Assembly (NCBI GenBank): GCA_963806535.1
Contig: CAWDYC010000003.1
Location: 1-64,000 of the forward strand
Origin: Candidatus Bathyarchaeota archaeon
GTDB taxonomy: Archaea > Thermoproteota > Bathyarchaeia > Bathyarchaeales > Bathycorpusculaceae
Length of the DNA: 64,000 nt
Reading direction: 5' to 3'
This document shows, in pieces, positions 40,886-51,706 of the stretch (the first letter of the stretch is position 1; each line of letters begins with the position of its first letter). Both the position numbers and the translations under genes were made by a program. A model generated the notes under the pieces. It saw only the letters and a list, made by a program, of their open reading frames with translations, was not told the origin of the DNA and made no database searches.

Positions 40886-41998
40886 CTATCTGAGGGATTT
40901 TCTTGTTCTGACTTTTAATGTAACTGCGGAAACGGTCAATACGATCATGGCTACAACAACTGAAAGGAGAACTGCACTACTGAACTCTGGAACTGTTGGA
41001 GTTGAAGTAGATGAGGCAGAACTGGTTGGACTGGCAGTTGAAGGAGTACCTGAGGAAACTGGCGTCACAGTTACTGTGCCTGGATCGTTACTATTAGTTA
41101 CATAGATTGTGGCTGTGCCTGAATCGTAAGCTATGCCAGCGGGGCTGGTTCCAACATTAAGGGTTGCTGTAACGGTGTTTGTGCTGTCAGATATGACTTG
41201 GCCGCTGCTGGCGATTATTTTGCCATCGTTATTATCATAAACTAAGTTACCTGCAGATCCCACATTTTTGATTTCTTTATAGATTGAATTGTCGCTTTCT
41301 GAGATGACCGTAACGTCGGTGTAGTTTGTCACGTATATCCTGCCTTTGGCAGAATCATAGGCTAAGCTTCCCGGAGGATGGTAAGGATTCGAAGCCACCT
41401 TTATGGTTTTAGTGACCTGGTTGTTTTTGTCGGATATGATAGAAACGTCGACTCCTATTGTTACGGAAACGTAGATTGTGCTCTTAGCTGAATCATAGAT
41501 TAACTGTCCTGGGTAAGAGTCTATGGTGATGTTTGCGACGATGGTGTTGGATGTGTCTGAAATAACTGAGACATTCATGGTGTAGGAATCGCAAACGAAT
41601 ATCTCACCCTTTCCTGAATCATAGGCTATGCCTGTGCAACCCCGAGCGACGGGTATAGTAGTAGTAACCGTGTTGGAGTTGTCCGGTACAACGTATATTC
41701 CGCCACTTGAGGAAACGTACATCTCGTGTTGACCTGAATCATAAGCCATTGCAAAGGGAGTGGATGTCAACCCGCTTACAGTTCGAACGACGGTGTTTGT
41801 GCTGTCTTGAATAACCGATAGGGTGCCAGCGTCGGGATTAACCACGTACAACTCATTCGTGCTTGGATCGTATGCTACCCCAGTTGGGTAGACTCCTATT
41901 CCAACTGTAATTGGTGTTTGGGCATGAACTGAGTTGGCTGACAAAACAATGACCATGATTGTCAACAACCCCATTAGTTTCCAAATTTTGGTTTTCAT
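40886..41998 (-). CDS. YncE/YVTN beta-propeller surface protein with PEF-CTERM-like tail
   Basis: Signal peptide; repeated P.GIAYD...IYVTN; VPEF + TM + basic end. Confidence 0.88.
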   Translation of the reverse strand: MKTKIWKLMGLLTIMVIVLSANSVHAQTPITVGIGVYPTGVAYDPSTNELYVVNPDAGTLSVIQDSTNTVVRTVSGLTSTPFAMAYDSGQHEMYVSSSGGIYVVPDNSNTVTTTIPVARGCTGIAYDSGKGEIFVCDSYTMNVSVISDTSNTIVANITIDSYPGQLIYDSAKSTIYVSVTIGVDVSIISDKNNQVTKTIKVASNPYHPPGSLAYDSAKGRIYVTNYTDVTVISESDNSIYKEIKNVGSAGNLVYDNNDGKIIASSGQVISDSTNTVTATLNVGTSPAGIAYDSGTATIYVTNSNDPGTVTVTPVSSGTPSTASPTSSASSTSTPTVPEFSSAVLLSVVVAMIVLTVSAVTLKVRTRKSLR

Positions 41999-42224
41999 AT
42001 GTATTCATTAACCTTTCGTTTTATAGAGTGCACTTGATGCATACAAGTTACTTCTAAGTCTGTTAGCTACGAAATGCTATAAAAAACTTACCAGAATTTT
42101 CAAAATGTTTTCACCGCTAACATTCTCAATGAACAAACGAAGATGAACATTTTCTCAAGGATCCTAACATTACACAATAAAAATAAACTAAAAATCTTAT
42201 TTTTCTTTAAAAAATTCTTTTTTT

Positions 42225-42689
42225 TTACGTTAGGGTTGCTCCACAGTTAACGCATTTAGAAGCATCTGGCGTATTTTTAGTTCCACAATATGAACAAATT
42301 ATCATTGCTGGAGTTGTTTCTTCTGTTAAAGCCTGTGTTTGAGCTTTGCTGATGTTTTCTCTGATTATTCTGTAAGCATTTTCTGCGTCAGCTTTGGGTA
42401 TGTCAATTAGTATGAGGGGTGGTCCCTTGAGCTTAAATGTGCATTTAATTGTTGAACGTAGTATGCCTTTGTCAATGATTACGTCTTCGAAGTCTAAGTA
42501 GTTGTAGTCGGTGTAGTCTTTTTTTAGCCCGAGGGCATGGGGATGGCGTAAAATTACTCTCTGGTTGGTTATGACAACCGAGTCAATGTCAATCGCGAGA
42601 TGATAAAACTTCTGTTTAATGTAGAGTTCAACGGTTTCGTTTGGATCGAGGATATCTTTTAAATCGTCAGGAGCCGCCATAAAAATCAC
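42225..42689 (-). CDS. Bacterial-type PH domain + C-terminal zinc ribbon protein
   Basis: ITNQRVI PH motif; CSYCG...CVNCG. Confidence 0.8.
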   Translation of the reverse strand: MIFMAAPDDLKDILDPNETVELYIKQKFYHLAIDIDSVVITNQRVILRHPHALGLKKDYTDYNYLDFEDVIIDKGILRSTIKCTFKLKGPPLILIDIPKADAENAYRIIRENISKAQTQALTEETTPAMIICSYCGTKNTPDASKCVNCGATLT

Positions 42690-42822
42690 TATTGATAAGA
42701 AGCTTGCACAATTATTTATTCCTTAAACAAAGTACACAAGCACCCGCGTATCCTAACAATCAAACTGCAAACAGAATCTTTATAATTACTACTCTTTTTA
42801 AAAGATGCCAAAGTGAAATCAA

Positions 42823-43056
42823 ATGACTGAATCGATAGAAATGAAAGTACAAAAAGCGCTTAACGAAATAAGACCTCAAATCCAAGCTGATGGTGGAGAC
42901 GTCGAACTTGTTGCAGTTGACAAAAAGACTGTGAAGGTTCGCTTGACTGGTGCTTGTGCCGGTTGCCCAATGTCGGCGATGACACTTAAGCAGGGTGTTG
43001 AGGCTCTTGTCAAACAGAGAGTTCCAGAAATACTAAAAGTGGAAGCGGTACAGTAG
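42823..43056 (+). CDS. NifU C-terminal domain (Nfu) protein
   Basis: IRPQIQADGGDVELV, GACAGCP. Confidence 0.92.
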   Translation: MTESIEMKVQKALNEIRPQIQADGGDVELVAVDKKTVKVRLTGACAGCPMSAMTLKQGVEALVKQRVPEILKVEAVQ

Positions 43057-43104
43057 CAAGCGTGTTTCTGAAAATATCAATTTTTTTGATATAGGTGACT
43101 TAAC

Positions 43105-44098
43105 ATGAGTGGAGATTTGGTAATTGAGACAAAAGGGCTTCGAAAAACTTTCATTTCTAAAGAGAGGGGTGGAAAGAGACGGAAAAAAAGAGGTAGAGGC
43201 AGTTAAGGGTATAGATCTCACCGTTAGGAAAGGGGAAATCTTCGGTTTTCTCGGTCCAAATGGTGCTGGCAAGTCTACCACACAAAAAATGCTTTCCACA
43301 TTGCTATGTCCAACTGGTGGAGAAGCCAAGGTTCTTGGATATGACTTAGCAAAACAGCAGGAACAGATTAGACAAAACGTTGGATGCGTGAGTCAAGCAG
43401 GCGGAGCAGACCTGGGTTCAACAGGTATTGAGAACCTAGTCCTTCAAGCTCAACTATATGGCGTGGATACTGTGACTGCAAAGAAATACGCAGCCGAATT
43501 CGCGGAGCGTTTCCAGATGACCTCATTCATAGCGAGACCAGCCCAGTCCTATTCTGGTGGTCAAAAACGCCGTTTAGATATTGCGCTTGGAATGATTCAC
43601 CATCCACAACTGCTTCTTCTCGATGAGCCGACAACAGGCCTTGATCCACAAAGTAGAGCATATTTGTGGGGAGAAATAAAAAAACTGAAAGCTGAGGGCG
43701 TTACCATCTTTTTAACCACTCAATACATGGATGAAGCTGACAAACTCTGTGACACAATAGCGATTATAGATAACGGAAAAATTATTGTAACTGGAACTCC
43801 GGCGGAATTAAAAAGCTCCGTTGGCGGCGACACGATTGTTTTTAGTTTTCTATCGGAGGAAACCGCTCGCAATGCTGAAACTTTGTTAACCGAGAAGGTT
43901 AAGGTAGAGAAAATTCAAACTATCAACAATTCAGTCCATCTAACCATTAAAGATGGAGAGAGAATGATGCCTGATCTTTTGCGCTCGCTTGACGCAAAAA
44001 ACTTGGAGGCGCAAAGCGTAACGTTGTCTAGGCCAAGTTTAGATGATGTTTTCCTAAAGTACACAGGCCGTTCACTAAGGGAGGATATAATAAAATGA
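43105..44098 (+). CDS. DrrA-type ABC exporter ATP-binding protein (5' frameshift; likely start 43105)
   Basis: GPNGAGKS, YSGGQ, LLDEPTTGLDP, C-terminal PSLDDVFLKYTG. Confidence 0.92.
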
Positions 44099-44857
44099 AA
44101 ATTCTACATGACACAAAATTGATGTTTATTCGCAATATGCAGCATACGCTTCGGAGCCCCGTTTTTGTTTTCGTGAGCATGTTCCAGCCCCTTATGTATT
44201 TGCTCTTGTTTATGCCGCTTCTCAACGGTCTTGGCGGTGTTCCTGGATTGCCATCTGGAAAAACAGTAGATGTTTTCATTCCCGGACTTTTGGTTCTGCA
44301 AGCGCTCTTCGGCACAGCGTTTGTTGGATTCTCACTTATTGATGATATTAGATCTGGAGTTATAGAGCGATTTTTGGTATCTCCAGTGAATCGCTCAGCA
44401 ATTCTTTTAGGCAGGGTTTTGAGGGATGCGTTTGTTCTTCTTGTTCAATGTGTTTTGATTACGTTAGTTGCTATTCCATTTGGACTGAGTGTAAATGTCG
44501 TCGGATTTTTGCTGTCTCTATTGCTATATGCTTTGATCGGAATTACTATGGCATCTATTTCATACGGTTTCGCTCTTATTTACAAAATTGAGGATGCCCT
44601 CGCTCCTACGTTAAACACGATAACTCTTGCCTGTTTCTCTGCTTTCAGGCATTATTCTTCCTCTCGCGCTTGCGCCTATTTGGCTTCAGGATCTAGCAAA
44701 GATTAACCCATTCTCATACGCAGTTGACGCTACTCGCGCATTATTCGCTGGGAATTTTCAAAACTTCGGAATCCTTGAAGGCTTCGTCGTCATCGGCGTG
44801 CTTGCAGTTCTTGTTTTCCTGTGGGGGTTGAGGTCACTTAAGAAAATGGCATCATAA
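44095..44857 (+). CDS. ABC-2 type permease (frameshift near 44630)
   Basis: QPLMYLLLF, GVIERFLVSP, NPFSYAVDA. Confidence 0.9.
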
Positions 44858-45004
44858 CTATTGTTTAGTCTGCAAATATTGACGAAAAAATTAGAACTTA
44901 GTCCAGAAACCCAGCACAAAAACACGAAATAGACAAGCCGCTGGAGATCATTTTGTTGTCACATTCATGCAACAACACAGCCTTAACTATCTTGTCGAGA
45001 GTAA

Positions 45005-45274
45005 ATGCGAAACAAAGAGGATCAATATATGATATCTGCAGTATTATTTGTAAATACAGAATTAGGGTCATCTCAAGACGAAATCATTGAAAGTCTAAAA
45101 CTTATTGAGGGAGTAGAAGAGGCACACGCATTATACGGTGTGTATGACTTAATGGTCAAAATCAAAGCTCTAACCCTTGACAAGTTAAAAGATATAATTA
45201 AATTGCATATAAGACAGTTAGCCGGCGTAACCAGCTCACTGACACTTATGATAGTTGACCTCCAAAACAAATAG
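45005..45274 (+). CDS. Lrp/AsnC ligand-binding domain protein
   Basis: EAHALYGVYDLMVK. Confidence 0.88.
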   Translation: MRNKEDQYMISAVLFVNTELGSSQDEIIESLKLIEGVEEAHALYGVYDLMVKIKALTLDKLKDIIKLHIRQLAGVTSSLTLMIVDLQNK

Positions 45275-45305
45275 GTCCTTTCTTTTTTTAAATTTACTCA
45301 GTTTT

Positions 45306-46019
45306 TTACTGGTGCCCTTTTGTTTCATGATGTGTTGTGTCTCTGTGTCTCTCCATTTCCGAGTGACTTTGGAAGGTTCTTCCGCAGTCTGGACATTGGA
45401 CCTGATTAGGTTCTAAACCTCTCAATGGTGTCTCTTGAGATGAAATACCTGACATTGGTTCCGCGGCTTCTTCAACTACGAGCATTGGCTCAGCTGGCGA
45501 CATAGGTTCTGTTTCCTTCTCAGCGACATGACCCATTTTAGTGTGAGCGTTCAAAGCGTCCATTGTCATGAAACCAATCCCGCATACAGGGCAAGTTAGC
45601 TCCATATTTGGCATAAGCACTTTATCTAAAACATGAATCATGCCGTTGTCTGTAATGAGGTTGTAATTTGTAATGTTTGCATCATTAATTTTCGGGTTCA
45701 CATGAAGATGCCATTTATGGGCGTCAATTTTGAATTCTTGGCCTTGAATTGTTTTGGCCGTATTCATCTTACTGATTTCGTTAATTTCATGTTTTCCAGC
45801 AACTATATGATACATTAGAACTGCCTTTAACTTTGGAACGTCTTTTAGAAGATCGTCAAAAGCTCCTTTTGGGAGTTTGGAAAATGCTTCATCGTTTGGG
45901 GCAAAAACAGTGAATGGCCCAGTACTTCTTATTGTATCAACCAGCTCGGCTGCTTGAATTGCTGAGACTAACATCTTGAAAGTTCCAGCCTCAAGAAAAA
46001 TGCTCATAATATCTTTCAT
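45306..46019 (-). CDS. Fasciclin (FAS1) domain protein with two C-terminal C2H2 zinc fingers
   Basis: FTVFAPNDEAF, LMYHIV, NGMIHVLDKVL; CPVCG..H..H and CPDCG..H..H. Confidence 0.88.
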   Translation of the reverse strand: MKDIMSIFLEAGTFKMLVSAIQAAELVDTIRSTGPFTVFAPNDEAFSKLPKGAFDDLLKDVPKLKAVLMYHIVAGKHEINEISKMNTAKTIQGQEFKIDAHKWHLHVNPKINDANITNYNLITDNGMIHVLDKVLMPNMELTCPVCGIGFMTMDALNAHTKMGHVAEKETEPMSPAEPMLVVEEAAEPMSGISSQETPLRGLEPNQVQCPDCGRTFQSHSEMERHRDTTHHETKGHQ

Positions 46020-46328
46020 TCATTTTTTCCTCCTAACTTAACCATTTCTTATATTCTTCGTCCTGAAAGTAATTGGACGAATATTGTGATGAGGGCTATG
46101 ACAAGCAAAGCCTCACTTAGCCTTAACTTGGCTGAGGCTATTTTAAGATGTGTGACTGTCAATAAACAACTACAACTTCATCAATCTTTTTAATTCCAAA
46201 TCTTAACATAGACGTGATTGTCAAAAAGGCAGTTTTTCTTTTTCGAACCGCGCCTATGATTGAATAGACTTTTATTTATCTTGACATTCATTTTTAATAT
46301 ACTTCTAAGAAGCTGAGGAACAAAAATT

Positions 46329-48470
46329 TTGGTGTCTACCGCTAAACCGGCTGAAAAAAATACATCACCGAATGAACAAGAAGGCAAACTAAAACAATTC
46401 TACTTGCAAACTGACGTTAACCGGGCTAAACTCGGATTAATAATACTAATAGCTCCAATACTTGCCTTGCTTTTGAATGATTTTGAGCTATTTGGAATAT
46501 CCACCCAATTTTACGGTCTTTTGGCTTTAAGGCTGGGGCTTCTGGCTTACACTATAATTCAACTTTGGTATCTAAGTCGCATCAATAATTATCGAGCTTA
46601 CGAAAGATCCATCACTGCATGGGGTTTCGTTTCAGTCGCATCTATCATAGCCGTAAATTTAACTAGACCCGCGAGTTTCATTCCAACACAAATAATTACA
46701 GTAATATTGTATATTTTCATTATTTTGCTGGTTATTCCCAACCGCTTTCGCAACCAACTCTTCTTATCCTTAATTGTAACCCTCGGTGAAGCATCAATAA
46801 TTATTTTCTCCGTAAATTCGCTCACACTGGCCACACTAGTAACTAACCTCTTTAGTCTAACTCTCACATTCGTTATAGGCGCATTAAGTTCTTGGCAATT
46901 GAACAGTGACCGCCACAGAGGATTCCTAGAAATTAATGAACGTAAAAATGCGGAGAATTCACTACAGACTTCATTGAGTCGCCTATACAATATTCTTTCA
47001 AGCATGCATGGAAGCATTTTACTTGTATCAGCTGAAGGTCGAGTGGAATTTGCCAACCAATCATTCTGTGACCAGTTCAGCTTAAAAGAATCTCCAACCG
47101 AACTAAAAAACCTCCCTTCAGAAGAAATGATCGAAAAAATAAAAAACGGCTACATGCATCCTGATCAAGAAGTCAGTCGAATAAGAGAATTAGTGGCGAC
47201 TGGAAAAATTGTAACAGGCGAAGAAGTTGCAATGCAAAGCAACAGAACATTCATTCGAGATTTCATTCCCTTCTCTGCAGATGGATCAGCATTTAGTCGA
47301 TTATGGCATCACTTGGAAATAACTGAACGCAAGAAAGCCGAAGAAGCAGTTAGAGAAAGTGAACAACGTTTGAAGTTCCATGCTGAAAATATTCCTCTTG
47401 CGGTGGTTGAGTGGGACAGCAATTTTGTGGTTACTCGTTGGGCTGGCGATGCCCAGAAAATGTTTGGTTGGAAAGCGGATGAGACAGTTGGTAAGCCAAT
47501 AATGGATCTGCATTTGATTTACGAACCAGACATTCCAATAGTTGAAAAAACAATGGCAAAGCTAACTAGCGGTGAAACTAAAGTTGTTTCTGCAAACCGC
47601 AATGTAACAAAAGATGGCGATGTGATTCATTGTACATGGATTAACTCAGTTTTGCTTGATCCGAGTGGGAAAATGGTTTCAGTTCTTTCATTTGTTGAAG
47701 ATAATACTGCAACGAAAAACGCAGAAAAGGCACTTGAAGAAAATAACCGAAACTTGGAGAAGATTGTTGAAGAACGTACGAAGCAACTTAAAGATACTGA
47801 ACGATTAGCGGCTATCGGCGCCACCGCAGGCATGGTTGGACACGATATTCGTAATCCGCTGCAAGCTATCATCGGCGATATCTATTTAGTTAAATCAGAA
47901 TTAGCTTCAACACCTGAGAGCGATGAGAAAATAAGTGCGTTAGAGAGCCTGCAAGAGATTGAAAAGAACATTGATTATATTAACAAGATTGTGGCTGACT
48001 TGCAAGATTTTGCTAAACCACTTAGGCCTCACGAAGATATAGCAGACTTAAAACTTCTTATTGACAGGTTGCTGGAAAAAAATGGTTTATCCCAGAACAT
48101 AGCGATAAAGGTGGCTGTGGAACCTGACGCTCAAAAGGTTGTGGCTGACGCCGATTTCATAAATCGGATCTTATACAATTTGGTTATTAATGCTTCTCAA
48201 GCTATGCCTGAAGGCGGAAAACTAACCATAAAAACATACAATGAAGCCAGCGACGTTGTTATTTCGGTTAAAGACACAGGTGTAGGTATCCCAGAAAAAG
48301 TTAAAGATAAGTTGTTTACCCCGATGTTTACAACTAAATCCAAGGGGCAAGGCTTCGGCTTAGCCGTTGTAAAACGTATGACGGAAGCGTTAGGCGGGAC
48401 CGTAAACTTTGAGAGCCAAGAGGGGAAAGGAACAACATTCATTATACGTTTACCCCAAAAAAACAATTAA
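46329..48470 (+). CDS. Membrane PAS-domain sensor histidine kinase
   Basis: TM region, two PAS domains, HDIRNPL H-box, N/G1/F/G2 boxes. Confidence 0.93.
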   Translation: MVSTAKPAEKNTSPNEQEGKLKQFYLQTDVNRAKLGLIILIAPILALLLNDFELFGISTQFYGLLALRLGLLAYTIIQLWYLSRINNYRAYERSITAWGFVSVASIIAVNLTRPASFIPTQIITVILYIFIILLVIPNRFRNQLFLSLIVTLGEASIIIFSVNSLTLATLVTNLFSLTLTFVIGALSSWQLNSDRHRGFLEINERKNAENSLQTSLSRLYNILSSMHGSILLVSAEGRVEFANQSFCDQFSLKESPTELKNLPSEEMIEKIKNGYMHPDQEVSRIRELVATGKIVTGEEVAMQSNRTFIRDFIPFSADGSAFSRLWHHLEITERKKAEEAVRESEQRLKFHAENIPLAVVEWDSNFVVTRWAGDAQKMFGWKADETVGKPIMDLHLIYEPDIPIVEKTMAKLTSGETKVVSANRNVTKDGDVIHCTWINSVLLDPSGKMVSVLSFVEDNTATKNAEKALEENNRNLEKIVEERTKQLKDTERLAAIGATAGMVGHDIRNPLQAIIGDIYLVKSELASTPESDEKISALESLQEIEKNIDYINKIVADLQDFAKPLRPHEDIADLKLLIDRLLEKNGLSQNIAIKVAVEPDAQKVVADADFINRILYNLVINASQAMPEGGKLTIKTYNEASDVVISVKDTGVGIPEKVKDKLFTPMFTTKSKGQGFGLAVVKRMTEALGGTVNFESQEGKGTTFIIRLPQKNN

Positions 48471-48579
48471 CAATGCAACAGCGAGACAACTCTTTTTCGA
48501 AATGTCTACCTGCGCAAAGTTCCTGGATAAGCAAACATTAAATTCCTGAAGAAAATAAGGATATTATAGGCGAATTTTT

Positions 48580-49143
48580 ATGAGTGAAAAGAAAAAACCA
48601 GCCGAAGGAGAAGCCGCTTCTAAAAAAACCGAATTATCAGTCACAAAGAAGAAGCCAATTGCTATAAGTAAACCCCAAAAGAAACCAGTCACCTTAGCTA
48701 CACCTACCCCCCAAGACCTCTACGAAGCCTTTGACGACACCTTTGAAAAGTTCAGAAACGATTTTGAAGACCTCCTGTTTCCTTCAACTTGGGCTAACAC
48801 CTTTTCAATAATGCCCGAAACCCGAGTTCCAACCATGGATCTAGAAGACAATGAAAAAGAATATCTCTTAAAGGCGGAGATGCCTGGCTTCAAAAAAGAA
48901 AACATCGAAATCGATGTGCAAGACAACTATGTAGTAATATCTGGTGAGGTAGGTTGGAAATATGACAAGAAGGAACATGAATATCTCTGTAAGGAACGCG
49001 CGTGCAAAACATTCTACAGAACAGTTGACCTGCCTGAGGAAGTAGATGTCAACGGAGTCACCGCCAACCTAAATGATGGTGTACTGGAAATCTGTCTTCC
49101 CAAAAAAACACCAAAACAAAAAAGAAAAATCAAACCAAAATAA
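48580..49143 (+). CDS. Hsp20/alpha-crystallin small heat-shock protein
   Basis: AEMPGFKKENI, ANLNDGVLEICLPK. Confidence 0.92.
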   Translation: MSEKKKPAEGEAASKKTELSVTKKKPIAISKPQKKPVTLATPTPQDLYEAFDDTFEKFRNDFEDLLFPSTWANTFSIMPETRVPTMDLEDNEKEYLLKAEMPGFKKENIEIDVQDNYVVISGEVGWKYDKKEHEYLCKERACKTFYRTVDLPEEVDVNGVTANLNDGVLEICLPKKTPKQKRKIKPK

Positions 49144-49258
49144 AATAATCATCCTTTTTTCTTTTTATTTGCTAAATCCGTTTTGTTTTGGTTTCTTTAA
49201 TCTTATAAACTTCCAAATGTCTCAAATAGAACACAAGTATAGTTATTTGTGACATAAA

Positions 49259-49562
49259 AGTCACAATATTTAAGAGTGTGCCTCCACAATAACATATTTA
49301 CAGGCTGGGGAGCACGCTTTAAGATGTGCGTTGAGGCACGGAGTGTATCAGTTAAAACAGCTGAAAATTGATATGCGACTAAGACCTTACCTCCACGGGC
49401 TGGCCATAACAAGCGTTTCAGAGAGGCTTTGAGCTGTGTGGTCAAAACGGTGAAAGACCATGCGGCGATAAAGACATTGCCTCATTGGACCGTGGACGCA
49501 TTAAGGCTTAGACTCAGCCTGCTCTCGCTAATTTTATGACGGATTCCCGTAGTCACAATATT
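49259..49562. ncRNA. Candidate structured non-coding element bounded by 12-bp direct repeats
   Basis: GC-richer intergenic island with several complementary pairs; AGTCACAATATT at 49259 and 49551; family not recognised. Confidence 0.45.
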
Positions 49563-49684
49563 AAAATAAGATTTCAATGTAAACTAATTAATTTAAGCAT
49601 GAAATACTCCTATTCCGTCAAAGTATGTGTGAATGATGCAGTTTTGAGGATCAATCGAGTGTTTTTTGAAAGAGGCATAAGTAG

Positions 49685-50044
49685 ATGTCAGAAAAAATAT
49701 CAATAAGAGAAATATTAAAAGCAATTCTAAACGAGATCAAAGGCGTTATTAAAGAATATATGAATGAGGCGGAAACTGCCGTTAAGAAGCGCCTAAAAAA
49801 ACTGATCATTTTCAGCGTAGTTACAACTGTTTTGATCTCGCTGGGGATTTCATTTGCGGGTACTGCTTCGCTGTTCGTACTTGTTGGTTCGTTCTTCTAT
49901 CTTCATCAAACAATGCCCACGTGGGAAGCCTTGTACATTATGGCTATCACCTCAGCCATTATAGCAGCTGCATTGTTCTTTGGGCTCTATATCATAATAA
50001 GAAACCAATTGAGGTCTTCCCAAAAGCCTGGTAACCAAAAATAA
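49685..50044 (+). CDS. Small 2-TM membrane protein (holin-X/YqjE-like topology)
   Basis: Amphipathic N-terminal helix followed by two TM segments. Confidence 0.65.
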   Translation: MSEKISIREILKAILNEIKGVIKEYMNEAETAVKKRLKKLIIFSVVTTVLISLGISFAGTASLFVLVGSFFYLHQTMPTWEALYIMAITSAIIAAALFFGLYIIIRNQLRSSQKPGNQK

Positions 50045-50192
50045 GAGGTCTATTCTGAGATTTTTTGAGAATTAAAATTTGCTAATTTTGAAGAGTAACG
50101 AGGCTAACAAGAACAGATCCTTTCTATTAAAGAAAGGACTAATTTTTTCAAAATTCGTGATTCGGTTACCATTCAAAAAAACAATTCCAGTA

Positions 50193-50456
50193 TTAAGTCC
50201 CGCATTTTGGACCTTTGGGAGCGCTCAATACAATTGAAGTTACTGTGCTCTTAACGCCATTGATCTTCATTATTCTATTTTTCAAGACATCTCTAAACGA
50301 CTCAATATCCGAGGCTGAAACAAGCGTTACGATGTCAAATTCTCCTGTTACTTCGTAGAGTTCTTCCACTGCATCTATCTTGGAGAGGGCTTCAACCACT
50401 TCATCGAAGAGCGATGTCTCCACGAAAACGTTTACAAAAGCGTGTAATTCATGCAT
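50193..50456 (-). CDS. Lrp/AsnC ligand-binding domain protein
   Basis: LYEVTGEFDIV. Confidence 0.9.
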   Translation of the reverse strand: MHELHAFVNVFVETSLFDEVVEALSKIDAVEELYEVTGEFDIVTLVSASDIESFRDVLKNRIMKINGVKSTVTSIVLSAPKGPKCGT

Positions 50457-50595
50457 CTAATTCACCAGTAATCTGTATTGGTCTCCTTAAATTCTAATGG
50501 CCAATGTGAGTTTTGTATTTTTCTATGCGATTCACAGCCGCGAATTGCAATTTTTACAAAACTCTTATACGGTTGTTTCCAATTCTTTTAAATTG

Positions 50596-51030
50596 ATGCC
50601 AAAAGTAAAAGATTTTATGACAACCAACGTTATCACAATTAATGTTGATAGGAATGTGCTTGAAGCTGCAAAGCTAATGCATCAACAAGATGTAGGAGAC
50701 CTTGTAGTAATGGACGGCGTTGAGGCTAAGGGCATTATAACTGAAAGAGACTTGGTTAGAAGGGTAATGGCGATGAAAAAACCGCTCGATACCAAGGTCT
50801 CTGAAGTGATGTCAAAACCACTAATAACAATCGAGGAAGACACCCCGCTCAGGAATGCCGCAAGACTAATGGTGAAGTACAAAATTAGGCGTCTTCCAGT
50901 TACGAAGGATAGCGTGTTGGTGGGTATAATTGCTACTAATGATTTTGCTAGGCACGTTGGCAAAAAAACCTTTAGTGAAGTAATGCTTGCTGCAATGACA
51001 AGGTATCCATTAGCTGACAACAGCCGATAA
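50596..51030 (+). CDS. CBS domain pair protein
   Basis: VKDFMT, GIITERDL, IRRLPV; start reassigned to MPKVKD. Confidence 0.9.
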   Translation: MPKVKDFMTTNVITINVDRNVLEAAKLMHQQDVGDLVVMDGVEAKGIITERDLVRRVMAMKKPLDTKVSEVMSKPLITIEEDTPLRNAARLMVKYKIRRLPVTKDSVLVGIIATNDFARHVGKKTFSEVMLAAMTRYPLADNSR

Positions 51031-51056
51031 ACATTAAATTTAACTCAAGAAAGAGC

Positions 51057-51700
51057 TCAAATGCGCCTGCTTAACCCTTGACTTATCTTTAGTTTTCTTC
51101 TGATTCTCCGATAACAAACCAAGTTTCTTAAGAAGGGGTACAGACAGTTTTCTGGAGCGTAACCGTGAAAGTGATTATTAAAAAAACCATAAACCACCCT
51201 GACTTTGATAATGGTATCCTGAACTTTAGGTACCCACTTATCTAATTCTTCTTTAGAATAGCGGTAATCAAACCAAAACGTTCTCGCCTCTGCCATACCA
51301 CCGGAAATGAGCAAAATCAGCTGTCAAATGCACCTCAGGAGGAAGCAACGGCTCATCAACGGTCGTGAAGGCAACCTCGTATTTCTTGAGTAAATCCCAA
51401 GTCTCTTGCTTCAACCAAGAAACGTTGCGGAACTCGATCGCATATTTGATCTCGGGGTCAAGCATTCCAAAGAAAGATTCAAGATTCTCCAAATTACAAT
51501 CGCATTTTGGCGGTAAACACGAAGTCGGTTGGCGAATATTTTAGCCAGTCCATAACTGTGCCTTTGGAGGGATTACGGTAGAATGTTGAATCTATCTCGA
51601 CGATTTTGAAGACATGGAAGTAAGCACGAAGCTTGAGTTTCTCTCCTTTTTTGTAGAACGGGCCTTCCCACTCCTAGTAGCTCCAGCGGATGTACCCAAA
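51057..51700 (-). pseudogene. DUF72 family, fragmented
   Basis: EIDSTFY, AIEFRN, YRYSKEEL, FNNHFHGYA across frames, with stops. Confidence 0.8.
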
Positions 51701-51706
51701 TGAATG

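Noticed and set aside
49259-49562. SRP RNA or RNase P RNA, given the ~300-nt size
   Set aside because: No SRP helix-8 motif and no GAGGAAAGUCC-type RNase P motif on either strand
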